Source: Bugula neritina (lineage: Eukaryota > Animalia > Bryozoa). From it: a stretch of 64,000 bases of DNA. A program made the translations under genes and the position numbers. The notes beneath the pieces were generated by a model. The model searched no databases and had not been told where the DNA came from. It saw only the letters and a program-made list of their open reading frames with translations. Shown piece after piece: positions 18,288 through 32,000 of this stretch. Numbering within the stretch: position 1 is the stretch's first letter; each line of letters starts with the position of its first letter. Location of the stretch: the NCBI GenBank assembly GCA_964035545.1, contig OZ037767.1, positions 15,965,292 through 16,029,291 of the forward strand, in the 5' to 3' direction.

Positions 18288-20010
18288 GGTGTATGTCTAG
18301 AAATTTACCATTTGATAAACCGCATTAAAAAGATATCAAAGCATTGGGATAGAAACAGGCATTTTATTTATATGACAGCAATTAGTCTGTTAGATTATTG
18401 TTAAACTATATGCCGGTTGCCAGAATCATTAGGAACTAATAAACAAAAACTCATAGCAAGCATGCGCCGTAATTATCACAAAAAATTAAACAATTTTGCA
18501 AACCTTATTTTGCTGTGAATACAAAATAGGCAAAACAAGCTTTTGAACATATCCAAAAATTAGAATAGAAAGTGAGAAAAAACTTAACAGTTAAATAATG
18601 AGGATAGAAATGCACCTGACTAGTTTAATGACTCAACTTTTAGTATGGGTAAAATCAGTCTCTGTTTCGCAAGTTTTAACATGGATTTATATCAATATAT
18701 AATGTATTATCAATACGTATTAACTATTATACATTGTATGCCTATAATAAAAGTGAAAATCTCACCACTGCTGTTTAATTATAATTTAATTACACCTGAA
18801 ATTAAACTATTCACAATAAATTGCAAAAGAAATTGGTAGCCATTGCACATAGGTGAAGAGAAGCCAAATAACAAATTCAGTTTCAAACTCATCGAGTATG
18901 AAAATGAGTATCCATATCAGTAACTTTAAGTGCTATTGAATGAATATTAGTCATTGCAAATAAAATTATTTTGACTATTACCAAGACCCAATCAGCCAGT
19001 CATAATCATAACAAGTATGTTTACCAGTATCAAAATGAACATGAGGACAGTCCAACCATATCAGTATCACTATCATTATGACAGTAAAAGTAAAACGATA
19101 AATATTACTGTGACTGTATCAGACTCAAGTTGAAATAAAGTTGAACAAACTAATAAAAAAATTACTGCTATTAAAACTTATAAAACTAAAACTAAAAGCG
19201 AATCAAAGACTAAGAGTAAAAGTAAGAGTAAGAGCAAGACACTAAAACTAAAAGTAAATCTAATTCTGACTCAAAGAACAATGTCAATTGAATTAAAAAA
19301 AACAAAGCAAAAATAAATATAACTCAGAACTATCGTTGAACCTAAATTGTTGAAACCAAATAAAAGATCGTAATATATTGATTTAAAAATAAAATTTTAT
19401 TAAATCAATTATAATAATAACATAAAATCTTTAAATTTTACATATTGAGGATGAAATAAGTATTACCATTAGTCACGATTGTGGAACAGATCCTTATTTG
19501 ACCTCCACTCATATATAAATACATATGCGTTCATTGACTGAAACGTTCAGTGAACAGCTCAAATGAAAAATTATTAAAGGTTTCATGCGAAAATCTAAAA
19601 TAACCCATAATTTTAAAAATTTTAAATTCAGAACTTAGCTTATTTAAATACACCAAACTGCGGGGAGATAACTCTTGAGAAAAACTATTATACAGGTACG
19701 CGTTCGAACCAAGATATGACTTCATGTTTTATATTTTTGAGTCAGACATAACAAAATTTATTGCAATCAACAGTAAGCTAAAATCATATTCCTTATGCAG
19801 AGCATTAGGTAACTAAAGAAAATTCCAAACTGTTTAATTTATTGAGGCTCAACAGTTTGTAAAATTATAAAAGCTACAAGTTTTGAAACTAACAAAACAT
19901 TATAAAAAGCTTCAAAACTTATCATCTATCAATAAAACAGAACTCAATATTTTTTTGTATTTGTTTTGATAAAATGAAAATGAAGGAACATTAACATCAT
20001 TGCTAGTAGC

Positions 20011-23000
20011 TCAAGTCACAGATTTTAAAAGGTTACATCTTTGTATAGGAAGTTTTGTGTAACAGACGATATCAGCATTGATGTCTCCACTTGAGTCGGT
20101 ATCGTCATTGACATCTATGCTACTGTCAGACATTTTATATTCCTTGTAAAATATCAGATGGTTCTTCAAAGACTAAAAAATAATAATATACTTCTGATCA
20201 AATCATCAAAGTTAGAACTAACAGAATTAAATTAATTGTATTCATACAGTTGAAGTGGGAAATATTTTGTAATAACTAATTCATAGTACTTCTTGGGAGT
20301 TAGTTCTTCCAAATTTATTTAAATTTAAAAATAAATTAAATTCAACCAATTTCATTCCAACAATTGAATTTACAAAACTTTTTAGTTCAACTGTAAAGTC
20401 TAACCGTAGAGTTTAAATGTTTTCCAATTCAAAATTTGAAAAGAAAGCTATAAAATTAGTCAAATGAAATAGAGATTTAAACACGAAGCACCACAAACCT
20501 GCAGTGAAATAAGACTATTTTAAAAGGTGAACTTATAATAGAAAGTCTTAGTAGCTGTTGCCAGGCTTTGCAAGACAAATAACAACTTTTTGTATATAAA
20601 GTCGCACGGCTTGCTAACAAAAACAAAATTTTGTAAACAATTTCATATAATTATATATGCCACAAAAAGTATCAGCTGCTGAGAAAATATAATAACTAAG
20701 TTTTCAGCTTATCATAGAGTGAGATAGACTCTAGTACCTCCACTGTACACAGGTGGGCAGACTTGAGTAGACTGAGCTTTACGTCTGCATCTCTCCCGTC
20801 TGTAGTAAACATAAACCTGTTGACATGATGTACGGCAGCGACGTACAGTACTGGGTTACGAGTCAGCGTGATTAGACCGGAGAGGAGATTCGCTGACATG
20901 CCTGTTATGACGGCAGCATCAACCTCTTCGGGGTACAACAGCCTCTCCATTGGAAACATCAACTGCAGGTGGAAATAAAACTGAATATATTTTCGTGAAG
21001 ATAACAACAGAATTTAACACATTCTACTTCAGTTTACATGGAAGGTGAGCTGTGAGTAAAATAAAAATGAGAGGCCAGGCTATGTGTAGGATAATTGAGA
21101 TTGATAATTTCGATTAATGAGCTTAAATAATCAGTAAACCTAAATTATATGCATAGAAAACTACGAATCATGGAACACATGAATTCAATTTTGACATTTG
21201 GGTAATGATTCAGCTGTAAAGGCGATTCTTACAACCTCAACTAATTATAGTTAGTCTCCATTTTTTACTTGTATCTATGCCAGTGATAAAAAGGCTATTC
21301 GAAGAATTCTCAAAGATTGCTCAAAACTCGGAATTAAGTATCTAAACATTGATTTGCACATTCAGAAACTCACTAAAGAACTTGCCATCAAATATATAAC
21401 AGACAATGACCATTTCATCAATAACTTTCTTAGTCAATGCCCTTCTGGAAGATATCGAACCATCAAATATAGAGGGGCATGGGGCAGAGATAGCTTCTTG
21501 CGACATCTTGTTAATACTTTAAATGAGCTTTTATTTTAAATAATCCAACAGAGTTTTGATTTTTTCTCTTATTTTTGTTCATTCCTACTTATTATAGCCA
21601 GTATTTACACTGAATTTTGCAACGTGTTGTCATGTTTGTGATATGTAATAAATCAATCAATCAATCAATCCATAGTTTATAATAAACTAATTTATTAAAA
21701 CAAAATTTATTCAATGTAACTTACTAACATAAAAAACAGCATATTTCAAGTAATAACCAATTGATCAAATATTGAATAGAAAAAAAAATTCAATTATAAA
21801 ATTGTAACAACTGACCTGATTGGGTGACAGGAATACACTGCGTAGAGTCAGAGCATGCTCGGTCCACACCAACTTCCTGTACTCCACTGACTGCTGTTGC
21901 ATCATGGGTAACAAGACGTACTGAGAGAAAACACTGCTGCCAAAAGACGTGGCTTCAAAGTGATCGAGGAAAGCCATGTAGAGATCAGAGAAGGCCTGAA
22001 GGCCGGGCACAGGCTGGGCGAAATCAATTCGGTCAATATGGCAGCAGTAGGACCGCAGCAAAGAAGTGAGTAAACGCTGCATGTCAGGCTCGTGGAACAA
22101 ACCATCATCTGTAGAGAAATATGTTAGAAACTCATTTCTTTGGTAGTCACTCAAAATTATTTTGATTTTCACCGTTGAAGCAGTACTAAATATTAACAAA
22201 TAGAAGAAAAATCTATAAGAAAAATGAAAGCCTTTTATGTAATAAGAACTATGTTTTAGGAAATATAAGCATTGACTTTGCTGTCGGAAATAAAAATTAA
22301 CGCATCACATATAAAATGTAGGTAATGGGCAAAATCATTACAATTTTTTTTTCAACATTTAATTTAATTGTTTCTCTAAGCACAATGCATACTGATCATA
22401 GTATTTAACCACGCCATAGCCCAATATCCACAAAGGCGTACCAAGAAGAAAAGAGCACATAACTCTCGCTACTTTAGCATGAACTGAGATAGCCTTAGTG
22501 ACATCTGGCAGGAGTATCTCTAGCATGTTGACAAGCTGCAGCGAGTTCTTGAGCAATTGACACGTGTCAGGTGGTGGTTGAGAATCAGCACTTCTACAGC
22601 ATTACAAGAAGGCACCTGTTTGACACAACAAATACGACACCATTACCTTGCACTATGTGAGTATTTTATATTATATCAAATACATTGAAAACCACTTATA
22701 TGGAATTGAACATTATTACACTACACCTAAATTGATATTGAAACAAAATAAATTAATTTAAACTGATGAACTTGTTATCAAGGGTGTGTATCGCTACTTC
22801 CACATCTTTCTGATAACTCTTTACAAAGACCTTACGAAGAACCATGAACAATATTTCTTTAACACAAATATTCTATCTCAATGATCATCTGCCTTATTAC
22901 ATTGAAGCTGTATTTTATTAGTATCAGCACATAACACGTACCACAAGAAAGGGGACAACTTCTATGAGGGAATTGCAATAATGGAATGATAGTCGCCCTT

Positions 23001-26000
23001 TAATATGGCACAAAATATGATTGATTGATTGAAGAAATAAATACCACATACTAACATAATAATAAACCAGGTCACTCTAACCACTGTGTGAAAACTTTAA
23101 CCACTCTAAGTACACTGTGTAATAACACAAAGTTCTCAGATAATACTTGGAATCTAAAGTCGTGCAGAGAGAAGATGAATATGACAGACTCACTGTAAAA
23201 TGATTTTGCCCCCACTGGGATTCGAACCCGAGACCTCCGGCTTGCAAGCAAGTGTGCTAACCATGATTACACCACGGGGACCACCGAGTAAACTCATCAC
23301 TACACTCACCTGTCACTAGAGGTCTGATAGAGGTGCATTATGGGCAGGTACGGCCAGTCCAGAGGCAGCATGTCTGTGTGAGAATGTCTCAGCAGCATCT
23401 TCGAGGTCAGCCCAGTGTTCCTGTTGAGAATATTTCTGAAATAGAAAGTTTTAGTAAAATGGATTCATTCCGCCATGCTGTGCTACACTGCTACAGTTCA
23501 TGGCTATTGTCATGGCAGAGAATAATTACAGTTTTCACCAAGAGAAAATTTCATATGAATCAAAACAATATTATATTATAAATTACTATAAAATATTATA
23601 AACCAAGAAAAACAGCTGATGAATGGAAGAGAAATTCTTTCCTGCTCAGCTTGCATATATAAATTATCTGCACAAGACTTTGTACTTGAACATAGTCTGT
23701 TACTAGATACATGTACTAGTAACTAGTTACTGGTACTAGTAACTAGTTACTGATACTAGTAACTAATTACTAAATACATGTACTAGTAACTAGTAACTAG
23801 TACTAGTAACTATTTACTAGTACTAGTAACTAGTTACTAGATCTCTCTCTCTCTTGCAGTCAGTCGATACGACTATGACTGTTTTATGGATTAGGCTTAA
23901 ATTTAATTGCAGCTCTCCATGCAGCTCTGTTGTCAGCTGTCTGATGCCATGAACTTAAGTTTATTGCGTACACATGTACTAGCAACTAGAAAGATGGAAA
24001 ACAGAACAAAACAAGAATTCTGTACTGTCCAACATGCTGCAACTGCAACCTTAAAAAAGTTTAACTCTTCTAAAAATTAATGAGATTTTACTAAAAATAA
24101 TTCCTTATAATAAAGCCGTAAAAGCAGCTGTTTGACTACAACCAATACGCTATATATCAACATTTTGTAGCAACTTTTGAAGGACAATTAATTTTATTAA
24201 GATAATTGTTCATTGCATCTCTACTGACTGGGAACAATCAAGAAGAAAACAACATAATTAGATCACTTATTCTGTTTACTGCAAACTGAAAATAAAAAAA
24301 AGATTAAATAAAAACTGCTACAACCTGCTATGTTGGAGTTGTTCCCCCAAAGGCAGCAGAAGTGATATATACGTATTTGAGATAGAAGGAAGTGACATCA
24401 CACACTCCTGTGTCACATGATCTCTCTTCGATGACTCCGTAAGATGTGATCTAATGAAATATACAACAAAACATACCAATGAATAATGATAAACAAACAT
24501 GGCTTCTTGCATGATTCATGCATATCCTCCCTCCAAAGCATAGTAAGAATGAGATTCTTACCTGAACATAATAGGACTGAAAACAACTCTAGAAAGCAGG
24601 TCATGCAGTTCTGAGAGATTGGCACAAGTACACTTAGGTACAATGGATAGACTGAGTCTGTGCAGCTCTTTGAGATGGGGCGTCGGCACGGCCACCCCTA
24701 GCTGGCACAAATCAACGAGCAGACTACACTCCACTGAGGCAAAGTAATTGGTGGAGTTATTCGTCTGCTGTGTTTGGCTGACTCGGCGCATATAGGTCAT
24801 GACCTCGTTATGGCCAATGAGGTCTACACACAGCTACAAACAAGAGAAATACTTGTGGGTAGGAAGTAGTAGACTTACACTATCCCTATGGGAGTTAGGC
24901 TTATTATTCATCAAATAGTCACGAAGAGAGAGCCAGCGTTGAATTTCTATATAGTTGGTGTAACTTAAGCACAGCACTTCTTAGGTTGGAAATATTTTAT
25001 ATTAAACTATATTGCTAACAATTTACTTACAATGATGTCTATTTACAGAGTAATTCTACATAATATAGTTCAGACTTGTAAAGCACAGTAGATGTAACTA
25101 TTCATACAGACAGGGTCTAATTGAAACTGTTGCTAAAAGGACTACAACAGCCAATAAGATGAACATTGAATATTCAATAAAAAAACCTAACAAAACCAGT
25201 CAGTGAGTTACCCTAGCTGAGTGAGAGGACACAACTCCACATTATTCGCTTGACAGCTAAAAACTCAGACTATGTAAATTCTAACACATGAAATAGATGA
25301 GAGTTTTTGTACACAAAGCAGATATAATTGAATACTCAACAAATAATAGTGCAACAAAGTATAACAGATAATATTTTATAATAAATTATATAATATAACA
25401 AATAATAATATATATATATATATTTTTTATATAATATGTTACGATATTTGAAATAATATATTAAATGATAAGATATGTTGGATAACATAATATATTATAA
25501 TAACGATATAATATATTTATTAGTATAATGAATTATATATTACATAATATAATAGGTTAAATATATTAAATAATACAACATAATACGTAATTCCTTTACC
25601 GGTTGAATCTGAGTTGGACTGAGGGAGAGTGTAGAACGCAGGAGTCTAATCATCGTCTGCAGAGAGAGGAGCAGATGGATAGCCTGTGGTTTGAGCTGTG
25701 TTGACTCCCCAACCTCTGCTTTGTCTATATTGGCAGGTTTAGGGAGTGAGTGTAGGGAGGGCAGGCTACTGCTGGACTCAGAAGTCAAATATCCTGATTC
25801 ATTCAGCAGAATTGAAGACTGTCTGTATTAAATAAAGTGGCAGAATATTAGGAGTTATCAGTACTTGTGACAATGCATATAAAAATATATATAATATATT
25901 ATACAATAAACAAATCATAAAAATAATAACGCAACTATCACACACTGTGATCAGTTGAAAAATTCAATAAAATGTATTAGTTATCAGGTGATATGTGTCA

Positions 26001-29000
26001 GTCAGTCAGTCAGTCAGTCAGTCAGTCAGTCAGTCAGTCGGTCAGTCGGTCAGTCGGTCAGTCGGTCAGTCGGTCAGCCAGTCAAATAGTAATAAACAAT
26101 CAACAGTAACAATAATAAATGTTGATTATATAATATAGTTATACCTGATGTTGATAAGTAGTTTGGAGAAGGCAGTGGAAGTCAGAAGTTGGCGAAAGAT
26201 CTTCACCGTATCGCTAAGAATAGCCTGAGGGGTTACGAAGCACTCGACGTGAACTGGCTGCAGTCTCGCGTGTGTGAGGTAAGAGTGTACAAAGTCGAGC
26301 AGTGAGATAAGAGTTGACAAGTCATATGTAGAGTGCTATAAGATAGGAAATAGTTATCACTAGTAGCTTGCTATGAATGAGTAACGCATATAATACAAAT
26401 ATATACATTAAACCATACTAGGCATATAATATATTTCAATATAACATAATATATCACATTAAATATCACATGAATTTTGTGGTAAATATTTTTTTTAAAG
26501 CCACCTACATTTTTTTAAAGCAAATTATTTTCAGTATTGAAGGTATTTTATAAAAGTTCGAATTTGCTGTATTTTATTGACCACCAAGCTAAGAAATTGA
26601 GCTAGATATAAATAACTATTACGCAGAGACAAACAGACAGACAGAGGTAAATAACTGCTGAATGTCTGGTAGACACACTCACATGTTCAGAATATAATTC
26701 CAGAAAGTTCCGTACGCTTTTCATGGCCATACTATATACTGAGTCTATTAGACCAGAAACCTGAGTCCAGTCTAGAGCAGGAGATGGGGCTTCAGTAACA
26801 CCACCCGTAGTTGAATCACTACACCACAAGAGTTACAGGCTATTTTTAGCAAAAATTCAATTAAAATGACAAACAAACAAATATTGCGAGGGATAAACAG
26901 AGCTGAACAAACCAGAAAATAATGCGGATAACAGTTAATTCAATTTTAGACCAGTGGGGTGACAATTATTTTAAAATGAAGGAAAAAGGCAACCATTAGC
27001 AAAGTACACAGCTTTGAGTGAATTCGATTTCAAACTTCATAAGTCCACCACACCAATGCTAACAGCTTTATACACTCTCAGCTGGTATAGAATATAACTA
27101 TTCTTTCATAGATACAAGTAAATCTAAGGTAAATGCAATATATTTAGAGCTTTACTAAGTCCACAGAGTAAAGTATTCTACCTGAAATGTACAGTTTTCT
27201 TTCTCTTGCCTGTATCTGTGGCAGTAGTAGCATCAGCAGCAGAAAGGAGTGAAGTCAGCAGACAGACTAGAGCTACTATGATACTATCATCTGTTTCTAC
27301 CTGCAGTCTAGTAATCAGACTAGGACGAAGGATGATGTAGTGTTCACAGCCTAGGCCGTACAGGACCAGTGTCCTCCATGTTAACAGGGATTCCACCATC
27401 AGCTTAGAGTACACAACTCCAAACTCACTGCGGAAATACAACCATAATTATATGGAATTAATCATGAATTAGTTTGTATATAAGAGTGATCAGTGAGAAA
27501 TGTCTAATTAACGAAAATAACAGGTGAGAATTTGTATCTTACGAGCACATGAAACCATTTGTGGTGCTAATAATAAAACAGTGTTACTTTATAGTTGAGC
27601 AATCTCACACCCTAAAGCTAATGTATCACGGAAATATAATCATTATAAAATAATGTACATTATATAGAAAAGGCATATCCAGAGGTGCAGCCCTATAAAA
27701 ATATTTCCACATATTTTGTAATAGAAAAGAATTTTTAGCTATTGTCTTCTCTTGTTAGATATACATTAAAGCGCTTAAAACAAAGCAACTAGGATATTTT
27801 AAACAATGGCTCCTCAATACAATACACACAGTACCTCGGGTCCGTGGATGACACATATCGCATTATTCTCTCCATTAGTCCATGTCTTGCAATGAGATCT
27901 ACGGCCATGTTTCTACCAGACGCACAGAGACATCGAGCAAATCGCATCGCCTCTACCAAAGGCTTCCCATGGCCACATTCATCATTTTCTAGAATATATT
28001 GTGAGTTGATGACTGTCACAGCAACAGTTTGGTTACTATAGCAACAGGTTGGTTACTATAGCAACAGTTTGGTTACTACAGCAATAGATTGAAAGCATTA
28101 GCATAATACATTATAAAAATAAAGGTAAGATTTTAAGGTTTGATTGGGTTAATAAGAGTTCATTGTTGGAAAATAAACAAAGCAGCAAGTTTATGAAAAG
28201 TTGTTTTTATTAAAGCACTTGACAAAGTTGCACAACATAGTTAGAGTATTCAACACACATAGAGTTGTTACAGTAATACGACAGGCATAATTACAGTAAT
28301 ACGATACGAACCTGCTAGAGGAGTGAATGACATCGGAAGGAACTCCTCAAACACCACGTTGAGAAGCCGTGGAGTGCGGGAGAGTTTATATGACGTCTCT
28401 GATGATGTCATCATTCGACACAAGATGTCTAACAACAAATATTCCCAGAAATAGACCAATAGCAATTTGACAGAAGAGCTCTACTGGGAACAAATGTGTC
28501 ATACACAAAGAAAAACGAGTCATGATACAAAATGAGTTTAGGGCATTAGGTAAAAACACTGACCTAGTATTTGAGAGCAGACTACCAGCTGCGGGCGGAT
28601 AACTTCTAAAATATATCTTAGTCGGGGCAGGAAGTCCATCAACAGCAGACCGGATATGACATCACGCTTAAGAACCTCTGCAATAGTAGTAGTAGTAACA
28701 GTGTCAGCAATACTAGGTCAGTAGTATATAGGTCAGTAGTATATAGTTGAGTAGTTTATAGGTCAGTAGTATATAGGTCATTGATATATAGGTCACTAGT
28801 ATATAGGTCAGTAGTATATAGGTCTTAGTATATAGGTCAGTAGTATATAGGTCAGTAGTATATAGGTCAGTAGTATATAGGTTAGGAGTATATAGGTCAG
28901 TAGTATATAGGTCAGTAGTAGATAGGTCAGAAATATATAGTTGAGTCGTATATAGGTCAGTAGTATATAGGTCAGTAGTATATAGGTCAGTAGTTTATAG

Positions 29001-32000
29001 GTCAGTAGAGTCTACCAAGATACTGCTCTTCCTCTCTTTCAATGATCTCTTCTTCTGTAGTTGGAGGCGAGACATCAACAGCAACTAACTCTGGCACTAG
29101 ATGTCCAGTCATCGAGCAACTCAGCAGTTCAAGTGATTTCTACAAACAACGTGACTTTGTAAAATTTACTCGATTTTAAACATTTTAAAAACAAAACAAA
29201 CAATCCAAAAGTGAAAACTTAAATACAAGTTGATGATTACAAAAAGTGTTAAAAAATGCATTTGTTACTTTTCTAAGTTTACTTTCTGTATTTAATATTT
29301 ACACAAAATGCATCACACCTAATCTTATGAAGACAAGATTAATGATACAGCAGCTGCAGAAGCTGATAAAATTATATAATAATAAACAACCTCTTTTTAA
29401 ATATTTTTAAGGATGTTATAAGATAACACTAAGTAAAGTCCTAGAAACGCTTTTTATGATATCTACAAAATGGAAAAAATTCCCCAACAAAAATTTTGAA
29501 GTCAGTAAAATTATTGCTTTATTTTGATGAAACCATGCTAAATTTTTTATACCCGCTCACTCTAAATTAACGTTTACTCAACAATAGTCAGTTTTTTAGA
29601 GTATTGGAGATTATAGTTTGAGATTCACACTTCAATATCATGAGTATACGTCTGCACAGATGTTCTGCACACACGTCTGCACACAGACCTAGCAGCAGAT
29701 GAGTGACTACAGTCACTGAAAAAGGTAATCCATAGATGAGAGACATTCCTAGTACGAGCGTCAAAAGTTAGAGCTTCTATCACAGACTGACGTACCATGT
29801 AGTGACTCAGTAGAGAGTAGTGACTCATTAGAGAGTAGTGACTCAGTAGAGAGTAGTGACTCAGTAGAGAGTAGTGACTGAGTAGAGAGTAATGACTCAG
29901 TAGAGAGTAGTGATGCAGTAAAGAGTAATGACTGAGTAGAGAGTAGTGACTCAGTAGAGAATAGTGACTCAGTATAGAGTAATGACTCAGTAGAGAGTAG
30001 TGATGCAGTAAAGAGTAATGACTGAGTAGAGAGTAATGACTCAGTAAAGAGTAGTGACTGAGTAGAGAGTAATGACTGAGTAGAGAGTAGTGACTCATTA
30101 GAGAGTAGTGACTCAGTGGAGAGTAATGACTCAGTAGAGAGTAGTGACTCAGTAGAGAGTAGTGACTGAGTAGAGAGTAATGACTCAGTAGAGAGTAGTG
30201 ACTCAGTAGAGAGTAGTGACTGAGTAGAGAGTAGTGACTCAGTAGAGAGTAATGACTCAGTAGAGAGTAGTGACTCAGTAGAGAGTAGTGACTCAGTAGA
30301 GAGTAGTGACTCAGTAGAGAGTAATGACTCAGTAGAGAGTAGTGACTCAGTAGAGAGTAGTAACGTACCGTGTCTTGCTGCTGACAGAGAAGACTATGCC
30401 AGGCATTCACGGCAGCGGCCACAACCAACTCTGACTTCTCATCTAGAGCATATCGCAGTAACAACACAATGTCAGCTTGTAGCAGTGAGTTGACAATAGA
30501 GTTATTGAGGAGGTAGAGATAATGTCCCGACTTGGCCTAAAATATGCGAGTTGAAAGCTCAGGCCACAAGAAGCATTTATAGTAAATTTCCTTAGTCTAT
30601 GAGTGGAAACGCAAGTCTAATTAAAAAAAATTACAACAAATCCAAAAACTGATTCATAATGATTCACAAATCACATACTATGGGGAAACATTTAGCTTTC
30701 CATCACATGGTACACAAAAGCATTGACTGCATTGATTTCTACACTGTTAACAGAACCCTTTATACATAATATATATAACATATAAATAAGAGGTCTAGTA
30801 TACTATGACATGTATCAGATTACCTTCCCGAGAACATTGGACAGGGTAGCTAACGCTAACACCTTCTGTGCTGTATTGAGACTTCTAACTAATATGTACA
30901 GCTCCTCTAAGGTGTAACCTGCAGTTTCTGGCTCGTCGCCATGGTGATGGAGACCGGCTGCAGCGCCAACAGGCTCTTCGGGGTTGACGACTTTACCATT
31001 GAAATCAAAGCGGGCAGACAACTTCTCCTATGAAAAGACAATTCCGAAAGCAATAAAACATAATAGAAGTCAAATTCAGTTTTATGAGAAAAAAAGACAA
31101 TAAGTTTTGTGATACACAATGTGTCACAAATTGGGGCGGAAAATCAAAATTATACGAAAAATTTCCCTGCAAAGTTTCTAAGCATAATTAATTGTCAAAA
31201 CTTTACATCAAATTCGGAAGCAATTCTAAGTCAGTTGTTAGGCAAGCTCGTATAAATGTGAGTGCATTTCTGAAACTGTCAAAGTAGCCCCTGTTACAGG
31301 AAATAACTTGAGTGATATTTTTAAAATTTACTTTAATTCCTTTCTTCTTTTTCTTGTGTTCATCGAGGGGTTTCAGCCATCTTAATTTCTCGTGTTCCAG
31401 CTGATCCATGTGCAGCCATTTGTCATCCAGTTTGAACGGAAGGTCAGAACTGCCTGAAATAATCCAATCAGAAGTCACATCACAAGTGAATAGCCAATCA
31501 GAAGTCACATCACAAGTGACTAGCCAATCAAAAGTCACGTCACAAGTGAATAGCCAATCAGAAGTCACATCACAGGTGATAAACTAATTCGAAGTCATAT
31601 TGCAAGTGAAAATCCAATCAAAAGTCATGTTACAGGGGAATATCCAATTAGAAATCATATCACAAGTGAATAATAGCATGCAGGAGCTTACAGTAACATA
31701 GAGCACCATACTAACTATAAACAATAATCACATTGAACAGAAATTAGCACTAATAACTGAATCTTCAGCCTAGAGAAGTACAAAAATTTATTTTTGCTAC
31801 AGCTATAGCAAGTGGTTGCAGCAAATCAGAACAAACAACCTTGAACTTTATTCAGTAAGAAATGCTTTGGAACTTTGAAAAATTAAATAACAAAAATTTC
31901 CAAGAAAATATTAGGACTGGGACGTATATATTCGTATCAAATAATCTTTTGACAAAACATCCTGTATTTGATAGAATAGCTTTCAAAGACTCAAACTGAA

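Noticed and set aside
23207-23281. Functional tRNA-Ala/Cys gene
   Set aside because: The anticodon stem/loop and T stem are mispaired, and the two copies differ widely; treated as a tRNA-derived element.
27200-27212. GC-AG donor (ACAG|gcaaga) in RPAP1
   Set aside because: Phase is incompatible with the next exon; the GT donor at 27181 fits.
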